Positions 40,601 through 53,831 of a stretch of 64,000 nt of DNA are shown here, piece after piece. Origin of the DNA: Ancylonema sp. (Eukaryota); NCBI GenBank assembly GCA_050230475.1, contig JBFLGF010000108.1, positions 1-64,000 on the forward strand. Direction: 5' to 3'. The notes under the pieces were generated by a model, which saw only the letters and a list, made by a program, of their open reading frames with translations, ran no database searches and was not told the DNA's origin. Made by a program: the position numbers and the translations under genes. Numbering within the stretch: the stretch's first letter is position 1; every line of letters begins with the position of its first letter.

Positions 40601-43600
40601 TGGACGTGCCGTGTGCTGCGGACGGATACCCGGGTATAGCATTCCCGGCTCCGTGTCCTAAAAGACTCTAAGGCAATTTAGCCGGACAAAGCAAACAAGA
40701 TATTTTCGTGCCTATCCGAACTCAAATTCCTAACACGCCTTCACTTGGATCTGATCGGACCTCTTTATGTTAGGTCTGCTAATGGAGGTTTCACATATGC
40801 ACAGACAAGGATTGAGGTGTCCACACGTCTGTCATTTGTCAGTTTACTGAAAACAAATGATGAAGCAGTGAACCGAGCAAAGGTCATTATACAGGTGCTC
40901 GAGGTACAGTCAGGGTTGCCACTACAATCTATAAGGACAGACAAGGGTGGGGAGTATGTGTCTCAGGACTGGATGAACTACTGTGGGGGGAAGGGTATTG
41001 ATAAACAAACCACAGATGCGTACAGTCTTGAGCAGAATGGCATATGTGAGAGACTGAATAGAACTTTGACAGTAAAAGATGCGTTGTATACTGATTTGGT
41101 CAGGTTTACCGCAGTCTTATTGGGATGTCGCACTTTTGCACATGCAAACTGGTTAAGAAAGAGAACACCAACTAAGTCGCTCGCTGGCAAAATACCCATT
41201 GACTGGGAGGGAAAGAAGCTAAAAATGAACAAAAGTCATAACTCTGGGTGTCTGGTGCAATATTTGAAAGTTGGGGCGGAAAAGAACAGGCAAGGGGACA
41301 AGTTTGCCCCTCGGACTTGCTTTGGTGTGTTTTTGGGGATGGCTGCGGGGAGTGCAGGCTACAATGTGTTCGACCCTCATAGGGCGGGGGTGATAGCACG
41401 CACGGACGTGCGGTTCTTCGAGGAGGTGCCGGGGTACCCGAAACTGATGGGGGGGAGAGCTCCCCAGGGGTTGAGGCCAACGCAGAGAAGCACTTCTTCT
41501 ATTTGTTCCCTGACACCAACGATGAGCTCCCAGCAGCAGTTGTGCCAGCAGCAGCAGTTCCCCTAGTCATGCCAGCAGTCCTGCCAGCAGTGCCAGTACC
41601 AGCAGTTCCAGCAACCCTAGCGCCAGCAATTGCCAACAACCCCGCGCACGTACACTTCCCGCCACAAGGTGCTGAGGTCCCCATCGATGCGATTGAGTTG
41701 TCTGACAGCCAGTGGGGGATCAACAATGCAGGAGGTGAAGATGGAGGGGAGGAGGAGGTGCAAGGAGGGGGTGCGAACCCAAGAGTGGGGGAGCCAGGCA
41801 GCATAGCTGAGCGGGTGATGGCCAGGCGGAGGGCCAACTTTGCGCAGTATGGGGACATTCTGTGATGCGATGGGGAGGAGTTCGACGACGAGGCACACGC
41901 CAACTACTCAGCGACTGAGTGGGAGCCCAGCTGTTTCTTCACTGGCTTCAACGGTCCTGTACATCCTGGCTACGCCTGCGTCGCATCGTCCAACAACTCC
42001 TCCGAGCCACTCACTCTCAACCATGCCATGAGGAGGCCAGACTGGGACCAGTGGGACAGAGCCATCATTGAAGAGCTTGCTGCCTTGGAGACGTTCAACA
42101 CCTTCTAGGTGTGTGTTCTTCCTCCAGGTGAAAAGGCTGTGGGATGTCGATATGTATTTAAAGTCAAAATCACACCTAAGGGGGATATTGAAAGATATAA
42201 AGTCAGACTGGTCGCTCAGGGATTCTTACAGCAAGAAGGAATTGACTATAATGAAGTATTTGCACCAGTTATTGACAGTACATCTATCACCTTACTCCTC
42301 GCTATAGCAAACCAATTTGACTAGGAACTGGAACAGATGGACGTAATCACAGCGTTTCTGCATGGACGTCTGGAAGAAGAAGTATATATGAAAATACCAC
42401 CGCGTATGTATATTAAAGGGGGTGCTGAGGCAAGGTCTTACGATTGAAGGGTGCTTTGTACGGACTAAAACAGAGTAGCCACGTCTGTCAGGAAATGTTC
42501 AGAAAATTCATGATAGCTGATGGTTTTAAACAATGTGTCATGGATACTTGCATATACATGAGGGGAGAGGGGGAGAGCAGAATCATCTTGGGTATTCATG
42601 TTGATGATTAGGTCATAACATGTCCAAACGCAATGGTGGTCAAAACATTTAAAGGGGACATGGGTAAAAAGTTCAAAGTCAAGGATCTGGGTCCCCTAAC
42701 CCATATCCTGGGGGTGGAAGTGAAAAGAGACAGACAAAGAAAATTGCTCACAGTGGGACAGTCACGCTTCTTAAGGGGGGTGCTTGAACGGTACGGAATG
42801 CACGAGTGTAATCCAACAAAACTCCCACTCGCCCTTGGCACACAATTTACGCAAGATGATGAACCAAACCTTCCACCTACCCCTAAAGAAATAACATACT
42901 TTCGAGGAAAAGTGGGATCTCTCATTTACGCCATGAAACAAACCAGACTGGACATCGCATATGCACTAGGGGTACTAGCTAAACACATGAGTAATCCCTT
43001 GGGTCGCACACATAAGGGCTTTGCATCAAATATTCAGATACTTGAAAGGAACTGTCGTCCAGGGACTAACGCTTGTGGGAAAAGACAGCTTTGAAGTTAA
43101 GGGTTACTGCGATGCATCTTGGAACAACTGCAGCATGACAGGAAAGTCAGTAACAGGATGGGTAACCACGGTTGGGGGGACAACTCTGAGTTGGAAGTCA
43201 CAGAAAGAGTCCACCATTGCACAGAGCACTGCTGAGGTTGAATACATCGCTGCCTGTAGTGTATCTAAGGAATGCTGCTATCTAAAGTCTCTCTTGAAAG
43301 AACTCAAGTTTCCAAACCAAATAACAATCTACACTGATTCCACATCCGCTCTCTCCATGATCCAGAACCCTGTACAAAGACACAAAGCAAAACATTTTAA
43401 TGTCGTGTACCACTGGGTACGGGAATGCCACAGCACTGGGAGACTCAAGTATGTGTACCTTGCAGGGGAAAATCAACCAGCAGCAGATATGCTAACCAAA
43501 GCTCTCCCACAGGTTTTACTGGACAGACACACCAAAAGTCTAGGTTTTGGACGGTTGTACTGAACTGGTGTCATTTTCCTTTATTTTTATTCTGGGAGGT

Positions 43601-44700
43601 TTCGAATGCCATGCATGTTGGCAGGGGGTGTGTTTTGTGTTTCTTTCATGCAGAAGTACACATGGGGAGGGTACAACACTTCCCCATCCAGCTAAGTCAC
43701 ACTCTTGCCTTAATACCTCGTGAAAAACACTTAAGGACACTTAAGGACAGATCAGAAAGTGCAGATCTGCTCAAAGTTTAAAGTTGTCAGTTTGCACTGA
43801 ATTTTAGAATGTATGGTTTCAGGCATGTTGCAAAACTTTTGTCAAAATTTGGTGCTGATAGGTTCTGTATTTTTGAAGTTATGCTGTTTTGAAATTTCCA
43901 AACTATAAAGTATAAAATTGTGAAGTTGAAAAGTGAAAAAGTCCAAAAATATTTTTTCTTAAGTTTTGTTTGTTTTTCGCCTAACTTGTGGTATTTGTTT
44001 GTTTGTTCAAAGCTTTGGCCCGAAAAATGACTACGGTGCGGGAGCGATCGACTGCAATACTTCCGATCGGCTGAGTTTGTAGAAAGGGCCCCCTAGCACG
44101 CTAGTATGTTAGGGAAGACCACACTACTTTATAGGCTATGCAATGGTTCTGCCATAATTTAGCCGTAACGAGGGTAGTCCCTTGGATGCCCAAATCTATG
44201 CCAAATTTAGCATGGCATCCAAGGGGGTGTGTAGGAATAGTCGGATAGCCATGCCTTATGCTTGCTAGTCCGGTTGTGACCGGTTACTCTAACCGGGCGC
44301 CATATTCCTAGATGTGCTTGTATGCGGGGCCGGGCACGATTGTGTCCGGGCACTTGATCTGTTGTCACGTTTGATGTCGACACTTAGAGTCGTTATTAGT
44401 GATTGTCATGCTTGACGTGTCTGGATTGGTTTGATCTTGTCATGTCAGGAGTGTCCGGCATGTGCCGTTGACACATAGATGAGTTGTCACTCAAGGATAG
44501 GCCGATGGTCAATTGTACCGACCGTCGGCACACAAATCTGTAAAAAGCGCATCGGGTATTACCATTCCCGATGCGATCACAATGATTAATTCGTTCCGCA
44601 CACGCAACTCTTGTCTTCATCAGTGATAGAGATCCTTTGCGTACGGTTTGTTTTGTCGCCCACCAAATCTCCTCCACGTCTAATCACTCAAAAGCTTAAA
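31610..44700 (+). mobile_element. Copia element A (half-tRNA PBS), LTRs 31610-32082 and 44230-44700, inserted in a channel exon
   Basis: LTR pair; TSD TGGCC; PBS GGTTATGGGCCCA at 32083; gag-PR (LDSGATDH), integrase, RT and RNase H fragments; removing the element and one TSD restores the channel frame ERTA|TGTHG. Confidence 0.95.
34180..40735 (-). mobile_element. Copia element B nested in the integrase region of element A (LTRs ~34180-34654 and 40247-40735)
   Basis: LTR pair; PBS GGTTATGGGCCCA on - strand (40246-40234); gag knuckles, integrase (WHVRLGH, HLDLVGP), RT (MDVVTAFLHG, HVDD) and RNase H. Confidence 0.95.
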
Positions 44701-45589
44701 TGGCCGTCCTCTCCACCCACTGGAACACCCCCGACCAGACAAAGAGGGTGACTACAGTCCAGCAAACGAGGAATATCATTTGCTGCAGGATAGCGCTGCG
44801 GATCTGAATGAGGCGCGTGCGGATCAGGGGGAGGACGCGGAGGCTGCGGAAGAGGATGAAGATCTGGGGGAGGGTGGTGGCGTTCTCCACACGAATGAGG
44901 AAGAAGAGGAGGGGTGTCCAGCTCACGAGGTCCACTGCGCCTTCCACTGATAAGAGGTAGCCAACCCGGAAGGGTGCGGAGTAAAGGTAGGCAAGCCAGT
45001 GGAGGAGGAAGGAGGAGGAGAGGAGGAGTTTTATGGCAGTGGCCCAGGGTTGCCAGGGGGCGTCCGTCGACCTGCCCAACCCCACCCCCTCCTTCTTAGG
45101 ATCCCTCCCCTCTCCCCATGGGCCGCCTCTGCTCACATGTAATGAATGTAGAGACCCACGGAAATTAATGACGCCACTATGGCCACGTGGCAACCCCAGG
45201 CCCCACCCCACCACACTAGGGGATGGTAAGCCGTTCAGAGGAGCAGAGCAGCAGAGCGGCAGGGGAGAAGGAGGGATGGTTCGCTGAAAATTTTGATGGT
45301 GAGCCCCCTGGGGCCCGTTCTGAGGAAGTCACGGAGACGAATGGAGAAAGGGACGTGGCCGAAGAGGAAGGAGTTGTGGTAGATGGACAACACGTCTTTC
45401 CCCGCCACCACCCTCTTCCGCGACCGCTCCTGCACCTGCTTACGCTAGGCGAGATCTTGCACCCCTGGCAAGTGGCCCAGGCTGAGCGAGCGGAGCACCG
45501 AGTCTTCCCGGCGCAACACCTCGTCTCGCCGGGCCTCTGTGTCGGCGTGGACGATGCCATCGGTAAGGGGCACGGGCGCATGGTACGCA

Positions 45590-46906
45590 TATCGACATTC
45601 ATCACTTCATGTCGATCATCTCCATTATGACGTACATACATCAATTGATTACGTCATCGATGCCCCTTTACACTATCGATCCCATCTGGCATGTCACCTG
45701 TCACGACGTCTGAGATCGTTAGCTATTTTACCCCTAATATCTACTAATTCTCTCCCTATGATAAATCACGTCCGCGCCGCGCCATATTAAGAGTTCCGCC
45801 TCGCTACAACTTCCGCCCCGCTCGTCGATTTCCCCGAGCTCCAAGTTGCTAGCCGGCGCCCCGCACCATATTTGATTAGTCATAAATCCGACGTGGCACT
45901 TTGTAACTAGTCAGGCAATCAACTTGTGATGATTTGTAATAATTGTTAGCCGTCGATGAATATCCGGCGCTTGAGATTGTAGATAAGACATTTGCGCGCG
46001 CGACGAATATTGAGATTGATTTGTAGAATGACACGCGTCTAGCGTCGTCTGTAGAAATATCTCCGAACCGCGATTATATTCGTACTAACGAATAATATTA
46101 AAGGTCCCGGCACAGGCCTCGGGCCTCGCGTGCCGCGCGCTATAAGCTAGCCAGCTTATAGGCGCACTCTTGATACGCACTTTATCGATAAGTTGCGGAA
46201 AGCGTAAATATGTACACTCGTTCCGTTACACTCGCCCCCCCTTAAGTGTCGATGCCCTCACCGACAAATAAGAATCAAAAGCGGAACCGCTTCCGTAATC
46301 CACACCGGACAACACCACCAGAAGTCGTTGTTCCGGCCGTGCGCTTAACACTCTTCGCACGTCCGTCCTTGACCGTCGACATGCTCTTCTGTCGGGCAAG
46401 GAAATTGGACACCATCCGCTCCGCGGACTTTTCGATGACCATCGCTGGTTCCCAAGTGTTAGGCTCAGGTCCAAAATCCATCCACTTGGCCACATATTTG
46501 CGGCGCGTACCGCATCCGACATTCCGAATCTGAAAATTGAGGAGGTTTTTCGATATCGTACTCAATATTGGCATCAACAGGCACCGGTGGTGGAACATCC
46601 AATTTCCCTAGAACAAGCTTACGCAACAAACTCACGGGAAGCACATCGTGAATTGCCAAGTGCGTAGGCAACTCCAATCGGGATGCCACATCACCGATTC
46701 ACTTGCACACCTTAAACGGACCAATAAACGTCGGCCAGAGTTTACTGGGCCCGTGTGTTGCTAGAGTGATCTTCTTAGTAGATAGAAGTACACTACTCCC
46801 AATAAGAAAGGGAACCACATCCTTCCTGCGGTGGTCAGCATGTTGCTTTTGCTTCGCTTAAGCCTCCACATAGTGCTTCCGAGCACGTTTGAGGAGCTTG
46901 TCGATC
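45590..46906 (-). mobile_element. Gypsy chromovirus 3' fragment (integrase end, chromodomain, PPT, LTR starting at 46230)
   Basis: RLELPTHLAIHDVLPVSLL and KYVAKWMDFGPEPNTWEP; G-rich PPT then TGTAAC on - strand; left boundary approximate. Confidence 0.8.
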
Positions 46907-47057
46907 TTAGCATGTAAGCAAACAGCTCCGGGGTCCCAATCTCCCGGCTCCCCCGTATTTCCTCCCATAGCTCGCCGAGCTTCGATCCGAAGGTCCAACG
47001 GTGTCATTGGGTGCTGACCACCATTCATCCCGAACGGTGTATTTGGTGGTCTCTTGA

Positions 47058-47289
47058 TGAATCAGATCAAATACACACACACACAGATTGCAAATAATGA
47101 TTTGCAATCTTACCGGCTGGCTGACGGATGTCAAGCTGAGTCGGAAGGCGAGCACGTTGCGAAGTCGCGTAAGCGCAGGGATGTAATATTCACAGAATTG
47201 TATAGGATTCAGATAACACAAAAAGATTGTTGGAAGGGATTTCTTAACAACGTAATCTGACAGTGGAAGCTGGCAGATCTGAAAGTACA
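47058..47289. repeat. Second copy of the LTR-like repeat at ~250-477
   Basis: Direct similarity to ~250-477 with the same right end. Confidence 0.7.
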
Positions 47290-47769
47290 TTTTTTCTTTT
47301 ATCACAAAGTTGTTTCGCGGTGCTAACCGGCATAGTTCACTAGAGTTAGTATATCGAAGATCACGACAGGCTGGCTTCTAGAACTTTCAAATCAATCTCG
47401 ACGCTACGATGAAATGCGTCAGATCTTATCTTTTTCTTTACGGCTGGATTTATCGCCGGGAATGTCGACATGTCGAAAGTGACATTGTCGATTTACAAAA
47501 TATTGACACGCAGCTATTTGTTGAAACTGCTAAGTTCTATACTTCTGAAAATACGCCACGCGTTATTTTCAAGTCGTACAAAAAATAGTACTTCACACTT
47601 TTCTCAAAACGTACTACTTCTAGATCATCGTTGTATCGAATACTCTCGTTGTAGAGACGTATTAATCAAGAGGGCTTTCTGATCAATCTAGAGGGGTTTT
47701 TGCCTTAGCAATCTCTAGCGTCATGACAGTTGACGTGCTGTTTGGAGTCGGCCGCCCTGAATGATGTTC

Positions 47770-49700
47770 TCAATACTTTGCCATGATATTTCTCAGATGA
47801 TTCTCAGAATGGTGCATGTGGTAATGCTCGCGGTGGCGTAGCGATGATATTGACTGCGTTGGTATCGATGATGGTCTATCACATAATGTCACATTGAGGT
47901 ACTGTGCTGCTCTCACTCCCCCCCCCCAGCTGCGAAACACTTGTAGAGGAGCTGGGTAATGAGGAGCAGCGTTCTTGGTCATGTGCTGGTTAGAAATTGG
48001 TATACCCTTCCATGCACTCCATTGTGGTAATGGCTTATTTTGCACTTTGTCGATGGTTTTTCGCACGTATTGTGCAGAGTTGATGTGTAAAATGGTAAGT
48101 CGGATAACAGCATGTTGCTTGTTGCCTTGTGTCATGGTTCTGCTGGCAACATGTAGTTGTGGTCGAGGAGTTTGGCGAATGCCGGTCGGTTTGGTTGTTG
48201 CTAAGTAAACCATTGTGTTGGTTTTCGAGTTCTAGAGGTGAGGTTGGTACTCACTTTTGGTTGTTGGGTCAGGGTAATGTTGTGTCGGGTGGTATAGAAT
48301 TTCCTCCATGTACTGGCAATGGATTGTTGCTGCATGAGGTAGTGTATATTTGACTGGTATCGATGCGCGGTGTGTGCCTCTGCCAGTCCACTCTATAGTG
48401 GAAATGTTGACTCCATGGATCTGTTATCCCGCCAATTGGTCCCAGAAAAGTGCTTCCTAATAACACATCATATTTGTCGGATGGTGTAAGGTGGAGCTTG
48501 GATTTTACCGAGGTTTGGTTCTTGCCATGTCCGATCGTGATGGTATATGCCTTCTTGGTGGTTCCCAAAAATTGTTGGTATTTGCCATCTGAAGTAATAT
48601 ATTCTTCACCAGGATCAAGATCTTGTGGTGTGAGCTTGAGTTGTTTGGCAAATTTGGTACCGATGGTAACATTCTCCGCACCTGAATCAAATATTGGTAG
48701 TGAGGATGTTTCTCCACCAATGGTAAGTATCGATTGACTGTTGTCTGCGGTTGGCATATGCCAGTTGGTTGTCATCCTGGCGTTGCAAGGAATCACAGGT
48801 GGTTTGTTGTTTTGTGGTCCCATTACAGAGAGTGCCATCGGTGGTTGTGGCATCTCTGCTTGTCGTGGGATAGTCATGTGGTGGTGGTAACTCTCCCTGA
48901 GGTGAGTCAAGTAACAAATTGCGTCGTTGAGGGCATTTTGTCATTGGATGTCCTGTTTGTCCACAAAAATGACAACGAAGTTCCTTTTCGATGGAATCGT
49001 ATGAAGCATCGATGTCTGATGTGGTTGGTGTCTGATTCCGTGCAGATTCGAATGGTGTATGTGCATGGTTGATGAGGGTCTGAGCAGTTGTCAATAGTAT
49101 TCCCGAGATGGTGTTCAACCTTGGTGACTGTTGTAGTCGTTCGAAGTTTTGTCATAGATTCTCCAATACTCGTTCGAGTTGTTTATCACATATATAAACT
49201 GTGCGTTCCGGAATATCTGCATGTGGTGCCATAACCGTGTAAGTTGGTGGATCAATTTCTTCAGTCTTAGGCTGCTCATAGGGTGTGAAGGATAGGGTTG
49301 CCTTTCATACTTGTTCTTCTTGAAGCAACTGCATGGTGAGATGACGAGGAATGTGCTCCTGCCACCTCTGCTTCCTGTAATTTTGTAACATCTGAACGTG
49401 CGCCAATGTTTGTTTCCACATAGGAGGTGGTAATAGGTGTACCATTTTGTTTTGTTCCTCAATCTGACTATGAATGAGTCCCAGTTTGTAATATCGAAAT
49501 TATTTTCCCAGATCTGTCATCATGGAAACAAGATCTTTCTCCGAAGTTGTTTTGTTCAACATATACTCTGCCTTGGTTGCTCTTTCGACCCAATGACCAT
49601 GGTTGTAAACGTCTATCATTGAGTTGGTAGATAAAAGTGTATATCGTCAATGAAGTAGTAGTCAAAGACAAAGTATACAAGTATAAATAAAAAAATCTGG
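47770..49700 (-). mobile_element. Degenerate retroelement gag (CCHC) plus aspartic protease
   Basis: CHFCGQTGHPMTKC knuckle; IFDSGAENVTIG...YDVLLGSTFLGPIGG..DPWS..YRVDWQ protease; frameshifted. Confidence 0.8.
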
Positions 49701-49941
49701 TCACAATGTTGTCACAGACTTTAATTTATTTAAAATCAAGGTCTTCCGCGGTCGGATTGAAGTAGGATTGCAGATTGAGTCTCTGCTGAGATATCAATAT
49801 TTCATCTATCACACGTCTCAGCGGTCTTGTGAAATTCACTACTTAACGCCGAGGACGACCTAACATATGGTTTATAGTACAAACGTCTGTGAAAATACTG
49901 TAAAGCAAACAAGATAGTCTGGTGCAGACTATCTTGATAGA

Positions 49942-52900
49942 ATGGGAAGGTTGCATCTAGATCTGATAGGTCCTTTTGGAGTCACGTCAATGCACGGAGG
50001 TTTTGAGTACGCACAGACAGATATAGAGGTCAATTCTCGACTGTCTACAGTATCTCTTCTCAAGCACAAGAGCGATGCTCTCAGTCAAACACGCATAACT
50101 GTACAGAAACTGGAGGTTGAGTCAGGACTGCCGTTAAAGTCGATCAAGACAGATGGGGGGGGGGACTATACAAGCAAGGATTGGAAAGGTTATTGTGAGG
50201 ATAGAGGCATCAAGCACGAAGTGACTGCCCCCTACAGTCCATAGCAAAACGGCATGTGTGAAAGACTGAACCGAACACCGATGGAGAAGATGAGATACTT
50301 GCTGATGTGGTCAAAATTGCCTAAATCATACTGGGATGTGGCATTGATGCATGCAAACGAGATAAGGAACAGGACCCCCACTAGTTCATTGACAGGAAGG
50401 ATTCCTATTGAGAAGTGGACTGGACGCCCAATCAAACTGGACAGAAGTCACACGTTCGGCTGTCTAGTGCAGTATTTGAAGGTCGGTTATGATAAGAACA
50501 AACAAGGGGACAAGTATGCTGCCAGGACTGCTTTTGGGGTGTTCATTGGGCTGGCAGCAGATCAGGCCGGTTACAACATCTTCGAACCGCTCAGAGCCGG
50601 TGTGATGATGCGGACAGACGTCCGTTTCTTTGAGGAAGTGCCGGAGTACCCGAGACTTATGGGGGGGAGAGCTCCCCAGGTCGAGGCCAAAGCAGATGGA
50701 CACTTCTTCCAACTGTTCCCCGGCACGGATGATGAGCCTAAGGCTGGAGGGGTGCTAGGACAAGCTGCAATACCAATGGAGGTGCCAGCAGCAGCAAACC
50801 ACAACAACCCGGGAGCCCAGGTCCGAGCACTTCAGTGTCCGCCACCACCAGCTGCTGAGGTCCCCATCGATGCAATTGAGCTGTCAGACGGTCAATCGGG
50901 GATCAACAACGCAAGCGTGGCAGGCGAGGAGGAGGAAGTCCAAAGAGGGGGTCGACAAGGTGCAAACCCTGGGGTGAATGCTGAAAGCATAACTAAGCGT
51001 GTACTGGGGAGGAGGAGGGCGAACTTCGCTCACTTTGGGGATGTCCTCTGATATGATGGGGAGGAGTTTGACGACGAGGCGCTGGAAGCAGCTATTCAGG
51101 TCGAGGAATGCGAGGCAACGTGCTTCTTCACAGGCTTCATCGGCCCCTCTGACCCTGGATTCTACATGGTGGCCATGTCTGCTGACTCCTCCGACCCTTT
51201 GACACTGAACCAAGCCATGACAAGGCCAGACTGGGATTAGTGGTTAGCTGCCATCAAGGAGGAGTTGAAAAGCTTAAGGGGAATTCAACACCTTCGAGGT
51301 GTGTAAACTTCCGCCAAGTAAAAGGGCTGTCGGGTGTAAATACGTATTCAACATCAAATACACACCCATGGGAGCCCTTGAAAGATATAAAGTTAGACTG
51401 ATCGCTCAGGGTTTCCTACAACAAGAAGGAGTGGACTATAATGAAATATTCGCACCTGTAATAGATAGTGCCTCTATCTCTCTTCTACTAGCTATTGCGA
51501 ATCAAGAGGGTTGGGAAATTGAACATATGGACGTGGTGACTGCCTTCTTGCACGGAAGACTGATTGAAGAAGTGTACATGAAGATTCCATCGTTCATGGA
51601 TATTGAGGGAGGGGCTGAGGGAAAAGTTGTGCGAATGAGGGGGGCACTGTATGGACTGAAACAGAGTAGCAAGGTCTGAGGTGAGATGTTCAGAGCCTTC
51701 ATGCTCACTATAGGGTTCAAACAGTGCATTATGGACACATGCATATACACCAGAGGGAAGGGACAGTCACGAATCATAGTGGGGATTCCATGTAGATGAT
51801 CAGGTCATAGTTGGTCCAGACCCCATGGTCATTAAAGCATTCAAACAGGAACTATCTGGGAAGTTTAAAATGAAGGATCTTGGGGCCCTAACCCATATCC
51901 TGTAGAAGTGAAAAGGGACAGACCGCGGGGGGTGCTTACGTTGCATCAGGGAGGGTTCATGAGACAGGTTCTGAAACGTTTTGGGATGGCAAACTCTAAC
52001 CCTACCAAACTACCCTTACCACCTGGGCTGACATTTCACCAAGAAGATTAACCTCTAACTCCCCCTACACCTGAACAAATAACTGAATTCCGGGAAAAAA
52101 TTGGGTCACTCATTTATGCAATGAAACACACCAGACCGGATATTGCGCATGCACTAGGGGTACTGGCAAAACACATGGGGAATCCTGGGACTGCTCACAT
52201 CAAATCCTTACACCAACTGTTCAGATATTTATAAGGGACAGTCGATCACGGACTCTTCTACGTGAAGCAAAAGAGGTTAGAGATCAGGGGGTACTGTGAT
52301 GCTAGTTGGAACAGCTGCAGTATGACTGGAAAGTCGGTCACGGGGTGGGTCACTACTGTTGGGGGGACTGCATTTAAGCTAGAAATCAGAGAAACAGTCT
52401 ACAGTCGCACAAAGTACAGCAGAGGCTGAGTATATTGCTGCCTGTAGTGTGTCTAAGGAGTGCTGTTACCTCAAGTCGCTCCTGCATGAGCTCAAACTCC
52501 CTAATGAAATTACAGTTTACAGTGACTCAACAGCCGCACTCTCAATGATCCAGAACCCAGTCTAGCGCCAGAAGGCCAAGCATTTCAATGTGGTGTACCA
52601 CTGGGTGAGAGAGTGTCACAGAAGTGGGAGGCTGAAGTATGTGTATCTGGCAGGGGCCAATCAACCAGCCGATATGTTCACTAAGGCTCTTCCACAGGTC
52701 TTGCTTGACAGACACGGGGAAAGTCTATAGGTTTTGGAAGGGTTCACTGAAGTGGGGGTGCACATTATGTTATAGAGGTTTCGGCTCCATTCTATGTTTG
52801 GCAGGGGGTGTATGTTCTGTTTTCTTCTTGCAGAATGCACCTGTGGAGGGCCCTCAACGCTCGTCTATCCAGCTAAGTCACCCCACTCTTTTTCTGCCCT

Positions 52901-53820
52901 GAAAACACTTAAGGACACCTGAAAAGTTGCAGATCTGCTTGCATCTATAGTTGTCAGTTGTTCATGAATTCTGATATTTGTGTTGTTATCTGTGTTATGT
53001 AGGTTGTGTGAAAATTTCAGTTGTTTTGGTAAAGTTTTGAGAAAGTTGTGATGTTTTGAGTCTTTCAAGTTATTCGGAGAAAACTGCAGAAAGTTGACTT
53101 TTTGGTCATTTTTGTATTGCCCTAACTTGTGGTATTTGTTTGTATGTTCAGCAGGGCTTCGGCCCGAAAAAACGACTGAGGATCTGGAGCTATTGACTTC
53201 TGGAGTTCCGATCGGCTTCCGATCGGCTTTAGATAGGGCCCCCTAGCACGCTTGTATGCTAGACCTTACTACCCCATGGGCTATGCAATGGTTCCGCCCA
53301 TGACTTAACTGTAGATAGGGTAGTCCCTTGGTGCTGACTCAATGCCAACCTTGGCATGGCATCCGAGGGGGTTGTAGGAATTATATCGGATAGCCATGCT
53401 GCTAGTATGCTAGTCCGGGCTACCGGTTAGTGTGGTAGGATTCCTAGGGTGTGCTTGTATTGAGGGGCCGGACTTGTGTCCGGGCACCCGAACATGACGT
53501 TTCGATTGTGCCGTTTAGGTGGTACGTGTGGTCTAGATGGTTCCGGATTAGACGTTATGTCTTGTCAGACTGTCCGGCATGTGCCGTTGACATGATCTGA
53601 TGTTGTTGTGTTATGATAGGCCGACGGTCTGCAGCACGACCGTCGGCACACTTTGTTGATTCTCGATTTGTACTAGGCATCGTGGTATACCTACACGATG
53701 CCGACCATCCAACACAATACTTGTCATTGATCATCTTTGAGAGACGTAGTCCCGAGACGTAGTACCTTGTACGGAAAGAACCACACGATCTCGCACACCT
53801 ATCACGTACATACGCTAAAA
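49942..53820 (+). mobile_element. Copia element C, 5'-truncated (integrase, RT, RNase H, 3' LTR from 53373), related to A and B
   Basis: MGRLHLDLIGP, RYKVRLIAQGF, MDVVTAFLHG; PPT GAGGGGG then TGTAGGAA; right end approximate. Confidence 0.9.
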
Positions 53821-53831
53821 ACTACTAGTCA

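Larger units (their letters stand above)
23463..45590 (-). pseudogene. BK/Slo-type (RCK-domain) K+ channel pseudogene, split by three LTR retrotransposons
   Basis: TM and S4-like segments at 44701-45060 (FRSLRVL); pore/filter FMVVTVAMVGYGD at ~31497-31532, followed by an in-frame TAG (TN*GR); RCK1 (VEGRVLVEADLKRV, MLARGCLILGLTTFLTNL) at 30517-31464; RCK2 and C-terminus YVFTNPPPDAIVHHDDLVYVLT* at 23463-24547. Confidence 0.85.
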
